Sequence record: SRR16203515_2613
DNA: 54,506 bases
Strand: one strand, 5' to 3'
Shown here: positions 38,379 through 47,723 of the stretch, in pieces
Position numbering within the stretch: position 1 is the first letter of the stretch
Layout of the letters: each line of letters begins with the position of its first letter
Position numbers and translations under genes: made by a program
Notes under the pieces: generated by a model
What the model saw: the letters and a program-made list of their open reading frames with translations, nothing else
What the model was told of the DNA's origin: nothing
Database searches by the model: none

Positions 38379-38409
38379 TAGCAGGTGGCTCGCGAAGAAC
38401 CACCTGCTA
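38379..38409 (-). terminator. Stem-loop after the SBP gene
   Basis: TAGCAGGTGG/CCACCTGCTA arms; followed by TGTTGTTTGT on the minus strand. Confidence 0.75.
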
Positions 38410-38441
38410 CTTTTTGGAGCCCGAACTGGAAGTGAGGGCCT

Positions 38442-39395
38442 TTAGTTACACTGGGTCCACGGCTCCCAAGTTGCCTTATTGGCATCCAGCCATGCCGAAA
38501 CGACGTCCGCTATTTTTTTGCCTTCAAGGTCTACCTCAACGATCATCTGGCCAATCGTGGGGTTATCGATTTCAAAGTTACGAACCGCTTGATACGCGCA
38601 GGGCCATTTGGCTTCGCCTCCTTTCCAGCCGACTTTTTTGATCCAGCCCCTGGGTTTCCCGCAGTCATAGGCCATGTTGGTGTTTAAGCCAACACTCGGA
38701 TCTTCATAGCAGGCGTCACTGTAGGGTGGAAACTCGATAAATTCCCCTTCGAATTTCACCGTCGACCAATGAGGATGATAGACCCAGCCGATCCAAGGGG
38801 CTTTACGCTGGTAAGCTGATTCCAGCTCGGCCCAGAGTGCCGCATCCGTGCCGGCGTGGACGACTTCGAAGTCGAGTCCGAGCGCTTCAACTCGTTCTTC
38901 GTCGAAGCCCGCCCAGGTGACAGGTCCGCCCAGGTATCTTCCGGCCGGCGCGGTCTCCGGTGTTGAAAACGCTTCCGCGCATTCGTTCAATGCTTTCCAG
39001 TCAGGGAGACCTGGACATTTTTCTTTCATATACATGGGGTACCACCATTCCTCGATGGCGTTCATTCCTGTCTCACCGAGATCAACTGTTCCCCCAGTGC
39101 CCAGGCTGGCTTCCATGGCCTGCTTGCCCGTGGTTTCCCACATCTCCATCGCAATATGCAGGTCGCCGGACTCCAGTCCTGCGAACTGTGCGATGTAGTC
39201 GGCTTGTTGATATTTGACGTTATAGCCCATGTTTTCCAGGATTCGACCCATCAGCTCGGTGTTGATCAGCTGACCCGTCCAGTCGTGAAGCGTAAGGATA
39301 ATGGGATCTTTCGACTCGACTGCCATGGCAGCGTTTGAGAACAGTGCGCTTGCGAGGAGCGCAACAAAAAGTCTTTTTATCTTGCTAAAAAGCAT
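38442..39395 (-). CDS. Betaine/TMAO-type ABC substrate-binding protein (TmoX-related clade)
   Basis: Signal peptide; HDWTGQ, EEWWYP.YMKEKCPGLPDWKALNECA, GPVTW, YDCG; GGGAGG RBS. Confidence 0.88.
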   Translation of the reverse strand: MLFSKIKRLFVALLASALFSNAAMAVESKDPIILTLHDWTGQLINTELMGRILENMGYNVKYQQADYIAQFAGLESGDLHIAMEMWETTGKQAMEASLGTGGTVDLGETGMNAIEEWWYPMYMKEKCPGLPDWKALNECAEAFSTPETAPAGRYLGGPVTWAGFDEERVEALGLDFEVVHAGTDAALWAELESAYQRKAPWIGWVYHPHWSTVKFEGEFIEFPPYSDACYEDPSVGLNTNMAYDCGKPRGWIKKVGWKGGEAKWPCAYQAVRNFEIDNPTIGQMIVEVDLEGKKIADVVSAWLDANKATWEPWTQCN

Positions 39396-39569
39396 TGGAA
39401 TTCCTCCCGTTAGTTAAATACTTTTATTATTGCTAAGGACAACGCCTTAACGATAAGAGAATTACACAAAATAGCATATAAATAAACAAAAAAATCGGAT
39501 TTAGAAACGAAATCCACAGTAATATCCACAATATTACTCAATTTGATCAGTTTTGAAGATCTGAAAAAT

Positions 39570-40346
39570 ATGGCGCTCGTCAGTAAATACGAAGCCGCGA
39601 TCATGGACGCGCTTAATCTCTGTGGCCAGGTCACCATCAATGACCTTGCAGTTCAGTTGGGCGTGTCAGGAGAGACCGTCAGACGACACGTCGATCCTTT
39701 GGTAAAGCGAGGCCTTGCTTTAAGAGTGCATGGTGGAATTATTGCCCCCATTTCGACTCAAGAAGCGCCCTTTCATCGCCGCCTTAGAAAAAATCTTGAT
39801 GCCAAACGCAGATTGGCCAAAACGGCTTCCGAGTTGATAAAGGACGGAGACTCATTGATTATCGATTGCGGCTCAACGACAGCCTATGTTGCTCAGGCAC
39901 TATGTGATCACAGTGGCTTGAACGTTGTGACTAACTCTATTGAGATTGCACGCACGTTGGCCTCCCGAAACGGGAATCGTACTTATGTCACTGGCGGCGA
40001 GCTGCGAGCTGATGATGCCGCGGCTTTTGGTAAGGGTGCAATCGATTTTATCCAGCAGTTTAATGTCGACTATGCCATTCTCTCCGTTGGCGCCATTAAT
40101 AGAGGCAACGAATTCCTGGACTTCCATCTGTGTGAGGCAGAATTCTCCAGGGCTGCAATCGGCCAGGCTCGGAAGAGTTGTTTTGTTACTGACAGTTCCA
40201 AATTTGACTCTGATGCGCTGGTAAAAGTCTGCGGCCTCGATGACGTTGATATCGTGGTGACTGAAGCCCAGCCTCCAGCTTCTTTCCGGGAAGCTTGTGA
40301 ACTCAGTGAAACCCGTTTGTTCTTTCCCGTTGAGGACTTAACGTAA
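39570..40346 (+). CDS. DeoR/GlpR family transcriptional regulator
   Basis: LGVSGETVRR HTH, RVHGG, IDCGSTT, VVTNS, DSSKF. Start placed at ATG 39570. Confidence 0.92.
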   Translation: MALVSKYEAAIMDALNLCGQVTINDLAVQLGVSGETVRRHVDPLVKRGLALRVHGGIIAPISTQEAPFHRRLRKNLDAKRRLAKTASELIKDGDSLIIDCGSTTAYVAQALCDHSGLNVVTNSIEIARTLASRNGNRTYVTGGELRADDAAAFGKGAIDFIQQFNVDYAILSVGAINRGNEFLDFHLCEAEFSRAAIGQARKSCFVTDSSKFDSDALVKVCGLDDVDIVVTEAQPPASFREACELSETRLFFPVEDLT

Positions 40347-40358
40347 GCTCTATTTTGT

Positions 40359-41270
40359 TTATTTACGCACGGTGTTGGGAAGCACTTTGGAAATAATGTT
40401 GCAAAAAATTTGGAGTGCTGCTTCTCGGGGAAAACTGTTTCGGTAAACTAATCTGACTTCTCTAATCGCATTTGGAATCTCGACTTTTCGCAGAATCACT
40501 TTGTCTGTTGCCAGGCGGCCGCCGTGCACAGAGAGCGCGGGCACGAGTGTTACGCCAAGCCCCATACCAACGAGTTGTACCAGTGTCTCGAGGCTCGACG
40601 CATTGAGTTTGGGCATGGGATACGAGGAGTCCTCTCGTTGAATTCGACAGGCACTAATCACTTGCTCAGACAGGCAGTGCTCTTGAGACAGCAAAAGTAT
40701 TTTTTCATGCTTGAGATCATTTAAGGTGATTTCATCTTTTTCGTACAAGTGATGATCTCGTGGGTGTGCCAGCCAGAACGGCTCTTTGAATAATTTAATC
40801 TGCTTTAGGCCATCGCCCGGAGGGGCAGTCGCAAGAAGCGCGCCGTCGATTTGATGAGCACGTATCTTTAAAAGTAGTTGCTCGGTTGTCGATTCAGTGA
40901 GTTCCAGTGACAACTCGGGATGTTGTCGTTGCAGCTCGAGCATAAACAATGGCACAAGATAGGGGCTTAGCGTGTGGATTGCGCCAATACGAAGCGGACC
41001 TGCGAGGGGGTCATGCTGCGCTTTGGCAAGGCTTCGCATGACGTCTGCCTGTTCGAGAATTTTTCGAGCATGCTCGATCATGGTTTCACCCATGGGCGTG
41101 ATGTGGACGCTACGATTCGTTCGCTCAAAAAGCATCACGCCCAGCTCCTGTTCAAGCTTATTGATTTGCCCTGAAAGGGTGGGCTGGCTGACAAAACAAC
41201 GCCGCGCCGCTTGCCCAAAATGCAGTGTTTCACCTACCGCAACCAGGTATTCGAGGTCTTTAAGGTTCAT
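40359..41270 (-). CDS. oxyR: Hydrogen peroxide-sensing LysR regulator OxyR
   Basis: HFGQAARRCFVSQPTLS HTH; HCLSEQVISAC has both redox Cys 9 residues apart (C199/C208 equivalents); ASSLETL. Confidence 0.9.
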   Translation of the reverse strand: MNLKDLEYLVAVGETLHFGQAARRCFVSQPTLSGQINKLEQELGVMLFERTNRSVHITPMGETMIEHARKILEQADVMRSLAKAQHDPLAGPLRIGAIHTLSPYLVPLFMLELQRQHPELSLELTESTTEQLLLKIRAHQIDGALLATAPPGDGLKQIKLFKEPFWLAHPRDHHLYEKDEITLNDLKHEKILLLSQEHCLSEQVISACRIQREDSSYPMPKLNASSLETLVQLVGMGLGVTLVPALSVHGGRLATDKVILRKVEIPNAIREVRLVYRNSFPREAALQIFCNIISKVLPNTVRK

Positions 41271-41277
41271 TTAAATA

Positions 41278-41314
41278 ATAGGAAAAAACTATTAATATTA
41301 TTATAACAAACGAT
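41278..41314. promoter_or_regulatory. OxyR binding site
   Basis: ATAG-N7-CTAT-N7-ATTA-N7-CGAT matches the ATAG-N7-CTAT-N7-ATAG-N7-CTAT consensus at 13 of 16 positions, in the oxyR/rbr divergent region. Confidence 0.8.
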
Positions 41315-41404
41315 TATACATATTAATATCTTGACCTTATATTACGACTTCCGGATGAAACGTACATCCGGAATTATTGATAAACAAACCTTACGGAGAA
41401 CGAC

Positions 41405-41824
41405 ATGTCACTTAAAGACTCCAAAACAGAACAAAATCTGAAGGACGCTTTCGCCGGTGAATCGCAGGCAAACAGGCGTTACCTTTATTTTGCTTCAAAA
41501 GCCGATGTTGAAGGTTACAACGACGTTGCTGCTGTGTTTCGATCGACTGCAGAAGGGGAAACAGGCCACGCGCATGGTCACCTTGAGTATCTTGAGGAAA
41601 CAGGAGATCCCGCAACGGGTCTGCCCATTGGTGGTACGTCCGACAATCTGAAAGCCGCTGTCGCGGGCGAGACTCATGAGTACACCGATATGTACCCCGG
41701 TATGGCGAAGACTGCTCGTGATGAGGGTTTCGATGAGATCGCTGATTGGTTTGAGACGCTTGGAAAAGCCGAACGCTCCCATGCCAATCGATTCCAGAAG
41801 GCTTTGGATTCATTAGACGGTTAA
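41405..41824 (+). CDS. rbr: Rubrerythrin, short aerobic type without a rubredoxin domain
   Basis: [41 protein letters not shown] di-iron motifs; no CxxC domain. Confidence 0.92.
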   Translation: MSLKDSKTEQNLKDAFAGESQANRRYLYFASKADVEGYNDVAAVFRSTAEGETGHAHGHLEYLEETGDPATGLPIGGTSDNLKAAVAGETHEYTDMYPGMAKTARDEGFDEIADWFETLGKAERSHANRFQKALDSLDG

Positions 41825-41842
41825 GAGCTGTTTATTTGACGA

Positions 41843-41881
41843 TGCGAGAAGCGTTTCGGCGCTTCTCGCAAATTTTTATTT
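41843..41881 (+). terminator. Intrinsic terminator/stabiliser after rubrerythrin
   Basis: TGCGAGAAGCG...CGCTTCTCGCA arms around a TTCG loop, followed by AATTTTTATTT. Confidence 0.8.
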
Positions 41882-41898
41882 AGATCGGTGAGTTAAAA

Positions 41899-43224
41899 AT
41901 GGAAGGAAGCTTAAGCGCCCCAATTCGTCATCCAATTGATTGGCTGAGTAAGGATTTTAATGACGAAGAGAAGTTAATGACGGAGCTTGAACGCGTGTTT
42001 GACCTGTGTCATGGCTGCAGGCGCTGTGTATCGCTGTGTGACAGCTTTCCCACCCTTTTTGATCTCGTTGATGAATCGTCGACGATGGAAGTCGACGGGG
42101 TCGACAAGCAAGATTACTGGAAAGTGGTCGATCAGTGCTATTTGTGTGATCTGTGTTACATGACCAAATGCCCTTATGTTCCGCCCCATGAGTGGAACAT
42201 AGACTTTCCACATTTGATGTTGCGGGCGAAATCGGTGCGTTACCAAAAAGAAGGCGCGTCCGCTCGCGACAAGATGCTCACAAGTACTGATGCGGTGGGG
42301 AAAACGGCCGGGTTGCCCGGCGTCTCTATTGTGGTTAATGCCTCAAATCGCACAAAACCGATCAGAAAAGCGCTGGAAAAAGTGGCAGGTATTCACGCTG
42401 ACGCCCGAATTCCACCTTTTGAGTCTCGTCCATTGAGAAAAAGGATCGCAAAACGATTAACTCCTCTGGGAGAGGGTGCTGTGCCGGGCAAAAAGACCAA
42501 AGGCAAAGTTGCACTTTTTGCAACCTGTTATGTCAATCGCAACGAGCCGGGCCTTGGGGAAGATCTGTTATCCGTGCTCGAACACAATAACATTCCAGTC
42601 TCGATTGCAGAAAAAGAGGCGTGTTGTGGAATGCCGAAGCTCGAGTTGGGTGATCTCAAGTCAGTACAGAAAGCCAAGGAGCAGAATATTCCGCATCTCG
42701 CCAAATGTGTTGATGAAGGCTGGGATCTGCTGGCGTTAGTGCCGTCCTGTGCGTTGATGTTTAAACAGGAGTTGCCGCTACTTTTTCCTGATGATCCCGA
42801 TGTCCAAAAAGTGGCCAATGCATTTTATGATCCTTTTGAGTATCTGATGTTGCGCCATACCGAGGGACTACTGAGTACTGAATTCCAGAATGAGCTTGGA
42901 ACCGTGGTTTATCACGCCTCCTGCCATCAGCGTGTCCAGAATGCGGGCCCCAAAACACGTGACCTTCTCTCGCTAATACCGGGTACAGAAGTCACCATGA
43001 TCGAGCGGTGTTCTGGTCATGACGGGACTTATGGCGTGAAAGTCGAAACGTTTGATAAGGCGATGAAAATCGGTAGGCCGGTGATCAACGCAGTGAAAAA
43101 AAATCATCCGGATCATTATGGCAGCGACTGCCCCATTGCGGGCCATCACATCGCCAATGGCGTTAGCGACGGTAGTGAGCCGGCACACCCGATTAGCCTG
43201 CTTAAACAGGCGTATGGCATTTAA
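41899..43224 (+). CDS. Fe-S oxidoreductase (GlpC/heterodisulfide reductase-like, rubrerythrin-associated)
   Basis: CHGCRRCVSLC and CYLCDLC...CP 4Fe-4S motifs; CCG domains (CCGMP, CSGHDG, SDCP). Confidence 0.9.
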   Translation: MEGSLSAPIRHPIDWLSKDFNDEEKLMTELERVFDLCHGCRRCVSLCDSFPTLFDLVDESSTMEVDGVDKQDYWKVVDQCYLCDLCYMTKCPYVPPHEWNIDFPHLMLRAKSVRYQKEGASARDKMLTSTDAVGKTAGLPGVSIVVNASNRTKPIRKALEKVAGIHADARIPPFESRPLRKRIAKRLTPLGEGAVPGKKTKGKVALFATCYVNRNEPGLGEDLLSVLEHNNIPVSIAEKEACCGMPKLELGDLKSVQKAKEQNIPHLAKCVDEGWDLLALVPSCALMFKQELPLLFPDDPDVQKVANAFYDPFEYLMLRHTEGLLSTEFQNELGTVVYHASCHQRVQNAGPKTRDLLSLIPGTEVTMIERCSGHDGTYGVKVETFDKAMKIGRPVINAVKKNHPDHYGSDCPIAGHHIANGVSDGSEPAHPISLLKQAYGI

Positions 43225-43247
43225 ATTAATTGATGACAGGAGTAACC

Positions 43248-43838
43248 ATGAACACGTTAACCCGAGAAGATCTTTTTTCTCTAGAAGCCTATTCGACCGA
43301 GCGACAAGCTTTCCGAGCAAAGGTGCTGGATCATAAAGCCCATCGGCGCGTTACCATCGGGAAGAATGCGACGCTGTATTTTGAGGATGCATTAACGATG
43401 CAATACCAGGTTCAAGAGATGCTCCGCATTGAGCGCATTTTTGAGGCCGGTCAAATCCAGGAAGAACTTGACTCGTACAATCCGCTTATCCCGGATGGGT
43501 CCAATCTGAAGGCGACTTTTATGCTTGAGTACCCCGAAGTTGACGAGCGCCGCGAAGCCTTGGCACGTCTACTTGGGGTCGAGAGATCGGTGTGGCTCGC
43601 AGTTGGGGAAAACGATCGTATTCGACCGATTGCCAATGAAGATCTTGAAAGGGAAACCAGCGACAAAACCTCGGCAGTTCATTTTTTACGCTTTGAATTA
43701 TCGGAGCAGGACATTGCCGGATTTAAAGGGGGCGCGGTAGTGCGCTTTGGTATTGATCACCCTGAGTACGCATATGAAACAGAGATCAGTCCAGAGGTGA
43801 AGCAATCATTAGCAGCGGACCTTCAGAGCGCGGTTTAG
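43248..43838 (+). CDS. DUF3501 family protein
   Basis: YQVQEMLRIER, YNPLIP, KTSAVHFLRF, DHPEY; AGGAG RBS before ATG 43248. Confidence 0.88.
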   Translation: MNTLTREDLFSLEAYSTERQAFRAKVLDHKAHRRVTIGKNATLYFEDALTMQYQVQEMLRIERIFEAGQIQEELDSYNPLIPDGSNLKATFMLEYPEVDERREALARLLGVERSVWLAVGENDRIRPIANEDLERETSDKTSAVHFLRFELSEQDIAGFKGGAVVRFGIDHPEYAYETEISPEVKQSLAADLQSAV

Positions 43839-43845
43839 ACTTCTG

Positions 43846-43871
43846 ATCAGTACCTGAATTCAGGTACTGAT
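43846..43871. repeat. Perfect 26-bp palindrome between convergent operons
   Basis: ATCAGTACCTGAATTCAGGTACTGAT is its own reverse complement and overlaps the hutU stop codon. Confidence 0.9.
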
Positions 43872-45548
43872 ACCGGGTAGGTTTAGATTGTGCGCCTTTG
43901 CGCAATCGATTGCTTCTTCATAGCCCGCGTCGGCATGACGCATTACGCCGGACGCGGGATCATTCCACAGGACCCGAGCCAGTTTCTGGTCTGCAGAATG
44001 AGAGCCGTCAGCGAGGATAACGAGGCCTGCGTGCTGGGAAAAGCCGATACCGACACCACCACCGTGATGAAGGGAAACCCAGGTCGCGCCGGATGCCGTA
44101 TTGAGAAGTGCATTCAGTAACGGCCAGTCGGAAACGGCGTCAGATCCATCCTTCATCTTTTCGGTTTCGCGGTTTGGACTGGCAACCGACCCGCTATCCA
44201 GATGATCTCTGCCAATGACCACGGGCGCGCTGAGTTCGCCGTTCGCGACCATTTGGTTAAAAGCTCGTCCCACTCGGTCGCGATCGCCGAGACCGAGCCA
44301 GCAGATTCGGCTTGGCATCCCTTGAAACGAGATTCTTTTTTGTGCCATATCCAGCCATTGGTGTAGCTGGGGGTTGTCTGGAATGAGTTCCTTTACTTTC
44401 GCGTCAGTTCGATAAATATCTTCAGGATCTCCCGAGAGCGCGGCCCAGCGAAAGGGACCAATTCCCCTGCAAAACAGCGGTCGAACGTATGCGGGGACGA
44501 AGCCAGGATAATCAAATGCGTTGGCGATGCCGGACTCCTGGGCCATCTGGCGAATATTATTTCCGTAATCGACGACTGGTACCCCCCGGTCCCAGAAGTC
44601 GAGCATGGCTTTGACCTGGGTGGCCATGGAGGCTTTTGCCGCAGCGGCTACTGCATTGGGATCGGTCTTGCGCCGCGTTGTCCATTCTTCTACTGTCCAT
44701 CCCGCCGGAAGATAACCGTTTTGAGGATCATGAGCAGAGGTTTGATCGGTGACGGCATCCGGCTGGTATCGAGGGTCAGACTGAGAGCGGGCAACGAGGT
44801 CAGGATAAATTTCAGCTGCGTTTCCGAGCAGACCCACCGATATTGCCCTGCCATCAGCATGCGCATTTTCAACAAGATGAAGAGCATCCTCCACCGTGTC
44901 TGCCCAGGCGTCGAGGTAACGTGTTTTGAGTCGGAATTCAATAGACGCTCGATTACACTCGACGGCGATCATGGAGAAACCACTCATGGTGGCCGCGAGG
45001 GGTTGGGCGCCGCCCATGCCGCCGAGACCTGCTGTCAGGATCCATCGACCTTTTGCAGATCCGCCAAAATGTTGTCGCGCCATTTCGGCGAAGGTTTCGA
45101 AGGTGCCTTGAACGATGCCTTGGGAGCCGATATATATCCAAGAGCCGGCAGTCATCTGACCGTACATCATCAGTCCACGTTGATCGAGTTCCGAGAAGTG
45201 CTCTAAGGTTGCCCAATGCGGGACAAGGTTTGAATTAGCGATCAGGACGCGGGGCGCCTGCTCGTGGGTCTGAAAGACGCCAACGGGTTTGCCCGATTGA
45301 ACAAGCAATGTCTGGTCAATCTCAAGCGTCTTGAGGGAGGAGATAATCCGGTCGAAGCTGTCCCAGTCTCGTGCCGCTCGACCCACCCCGCCATAAACAA
45401 CCAACTCTGCCGGATTCTCGGCAACTGCCGGGTCAAGGTTGTTCATCAGCATCCGCATGGGTGCTTCCGTACTCCAATGCTTGCATTGCAGTTCGGGCCC
45501 TTTGGGCGCTTCGATATGTCTTTCGGGTGCGTATCGGTTGAGTTTCAT
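43860..45548 (-). CDS. hutU: Urocanate hydratase
   Basis: [67 protein letters not shown]. Start placed at ATG 45548. Confidence 0.97.
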   Translation of the reverse strand: MKLNRYAPERHIEAPKGPELQCKHWSTEAPMRMLMNNLDPAVAENPAELVVYGGVGRAARDWDSFDRIISSLKTLEIDQTLLVQSGKPVGVFQTHEQAPRVLIANSNLVPHWATLEHFSELDQRGLMMYGQMTAGSWIYIGSQGIVQGTFETFAEMARQHFGGSAKGRWILTAGLGGMGGAQPLAATMSGFSMIAVECNRASIEFRLKTRYLDAWADTVEDALHLVENAHADGRAISVGLLGNAAEIYPDLVARSQSDPRYQPDAVTDQTSAHDPQNGYLPAGWTVEEWTTRRKTDPNAVAAAAKASMATQVKAMLDFWDRGVPVVDYGNNIRQMAQESGIANAFDYPGFVPAYVRPLFCRGIGPFRWAALSGDPEDIYRTDAKVKELIPDNPQLHQWLDMAQKRISFQGMPSRICWLGLGDRDRVGRAFNQMVANGELSAPVVIGRDHLDSGSVASPNRETEKMKDGSDAVSDWPLLNALLNTASGATWVSLHHGGGVGIGFSQHAGLVILADGSHSADQKLARVLWNDPASGVMRHADAGYEEAIDCAKAHNLNLPGIST

Positions 45549-45606
45549 TTTGATGAGTTGGATGGACGATGGGGTAATAATGCTTGTTGTAAACTTTTGG
45601 GTCGGG

Positions 45607-46185
45607 TCAGCTTCCGTAGCGGGACACCAGCTGTTTGACTGTTTCGGCGACTTGCGCCTGATGATAGCGTTCAAAATTATCCCAGGTCACGAGGCTGCGC
45701 GAATCTTTAACTCGATCCAAAAAAAGCATTCCCAAGAGGTGATCAACTTCGTGCTGGTAGGTTGCTGCTGTCATTCCTTTAACGCGTGTCTTTATCGGGT
45801 TGCCGTGGCGGTCTAGCGCGGTGACATCAATCTCGCAGTGTCGCTGCACCTTACCTCGAAGATTAGGCACACTAAGACATCCTTCATAATTTTCAAACGT
45901 ATCGTTACCGACAGGCGTGAGAATAGGATTAACCAGCACGGTAAGCGGGATGTTTGGGCGGTAGGGGTAACGAGGATTATCAAGGACTTCAATGACGCAG
46001 ATACGAAGCGACCGGTGAACCTGATTGGCGGCGAGCCCCGCGCCGTTAGCCGCCCGCATAGTCGCGATCAACTCGTCGATAAATAACTGCGTTTCTTTAT
46101 GTGCAAGCGTTTCGAGACTCAGCTCCATGGTGGGTTCACGCAGCACTGGATGGCCGACTTGTGCAATATCGAGAATCTTGGTCAT
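45607..46185 (-). CDS. def: Peptide deformylase family protein inside the hut operon
   Basis: All three PDF motifs: [23 protein letters not shown] overlap with the hutH stop. Confidence 0.93.
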   Translation of the reverse strand: MTKILDIAQVGHPVLREPTMELSLETLAHKETQLFIDELIATMRAANGAGLAANQVHRSLRICVIEVLDNPRYPYRPNIPLTVLVNPILTPVGNDTFENYEGCLSVPNLRGKVQRHCEIDVTALDRHGNPIKTRVKGMTAATYQHEVDHLLGMLFLDRVKDSRSLVTWDNFERYHQAQVAETVKQLVSRYGS

Positions 46186-47723
46186 GATGCGTCGACTACC
46201 GTGTCGAGTGGTTGGGTGGGCAGCAGCGTGGCGAGTTCACCGTGACTGATCAGGGACGATGCTGTATCGATATCAGGATAGAACACTCGGTCTTCCTGAT
46301 ACTCTGTTATTTGCCGTCGTAGTTTTTTAACAGCCGTTTCGACACAAGATGAGGATGTGAGTGGTCGCCGCAATGAAATCCCCTGTGATGCAGCAAGATA
46401 TTCAATTGCCAGAATATTTTGAGTGTTTTCGTTCATGGCGCGTAGCCGTCTTGCAGCAAATGTTGCCATGCTGACATGATCTTCCTGGTTCGCCGAGGTG
46501 GGCAGGCTATCCACGCTTGCGGGATGGGAAAGACTCTTATTTTCTGAGGCGAGTGCCGCTGCAGTCACATGGGCAACCATAAAGCCTGATTCAAGTCCTG
46601 CCTTGGTGGTAAGAAATGGGGGTAACTCGCTGATGCTCGAGTCGATGAGCATCGCGATCCGTCGCTCTGACAAACTGCCGGTCTCGGAAATGGCGAGCGC
46701 GATGTTGTCAGCCACCATTGCGACCGGCTCCGCATGAAAATTTCCGGCAGAGAGGACTTCACCGGTTTCTGGACAAATCAGAGGATTATCGGAGACTGCA
46801 TTGGCTTCGCGTAATAGTATTTTGGCGCCGTGATCGAGTTGGTCGAGGCATGCCCCCAGCACTTGTGGCTGACAGCGAAGACTGTATGGGTCTTGAACAC
46901 GGTCACAATTTGCATGGGATTGATTCAGTTGGCTATCGTTTAGCAGTGTCCGGTATAGGCTAGCGACTCGTGATTGACCAGATTGCCGTCTCACTTCGTG
47001 GATGCGCTGATCAAAAGGGACGTAACTTCCAAGCGTTGCGTCTACTGTTATTGAGCCGATCACAATTGCGCTGGCAAGATTTTGCTCCGCCGAAAAGAGA
47101 CCGTCGATGGCGAGAGCCGTAGAAATTTGTGTGCCGTTCAGTAAGGCTAGCCCTTCTTTTGCCTCCAGCACAAGGGGTGTTAATCCAGCGATCTGTAGCG
47201 CTTTAGCTGCCGGCATTCTGGTCTCGTTTAAAAAAACCTCTCCTTCCCCAATTAATGGGAGAGATAGATGAGCAAGCGGCGCGAGATCACCCGATGCGCC
47301 AACCGAGCCCTTTTCGGGGACAACGGGCACGATATCGTGACTGAGCATTGCCATGAAGTGCTCAATAATTTTTGGTCGCACGCCTGAATATCCCTGAGCA
47401 AGACTCAGAAGTTTGAGGATCATCGCGAGACGCACCACTTGCAGATCAATCGGTGTGCCAACGCCGGCAGCATGTGAGCGGATCAGGTTATGTTGTAGCG
47501 TTGATAAGTCGTTGACATCGACCTGAGTTTTTGCGAGTTTGCCAAAACCTGTATTGATGCCGTATGCGGGCGTTCCCCGTTGCACGACGGCAATGAGATG
47601 CTGATGACTGCGTTTGATCGGCTCCCAAGCAGAGTCAGGCAGTGAGATTTGGATGGGTTGTGATCTGATTTCTCGCAGTTCGTTTAAGATCAGGTGACCC
47701 GGGTTTAGCGTATAGGTTTGCAT
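46182..47723 (-). CDS. hutH: Histidine ammonia-lyase
   Basis: YGINTGFG, GSVGASGDLAPL (MIO-forming ASG), KEGLALLNGT, QDPYSLRCQPQV, GNFHAEP, NQEDHVSM. ATG 47723 (GTG 47729 is an alternative). Confidence 0.97.
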   Translation of the reverse strand: MQTYTLNPGHLILNELREIRSQPIQISLPDSAWEPIKRSHQHLIAVVQRGTPAYGINTGFGKLAKTQVDVNDLSTLQHNLIRSHAAGVGTPIDLQVVRLAMILKLLSLAQGYSGVRPKIIEHFMAMLSHDIVPVVPEKGSVGASGDLAPLAHLSLPLIGEGEVFLNETRMPAAKALQIAGLTPLVLEAKEGLALLNGTQISTALAIDGLFSAEQNLASAIVIGSITVDATLGSYVPFDQRIHEVRRQSGQSRVASLYRTLLNDSQLNQSHANCDRVQDPYSLRCQPQVLGACLDQLDHGAKILLREANAVSDNPLICPETGEVLSAGNFHAEPVAMVADNIALAISETGSLSERRIAMLIDSSISELPPFLTTKAGLESGFMVAHVTAAALASENKSLSHPASVDSLPTSANQEDHVSMATFAARRLRAMNENTQNILAIEYLAASQGISLRRPLTSSSCVETAVKKLRRQITEYQEDRVFYPDIDTASSLISHGELATLLPTQPLDTVVDAS

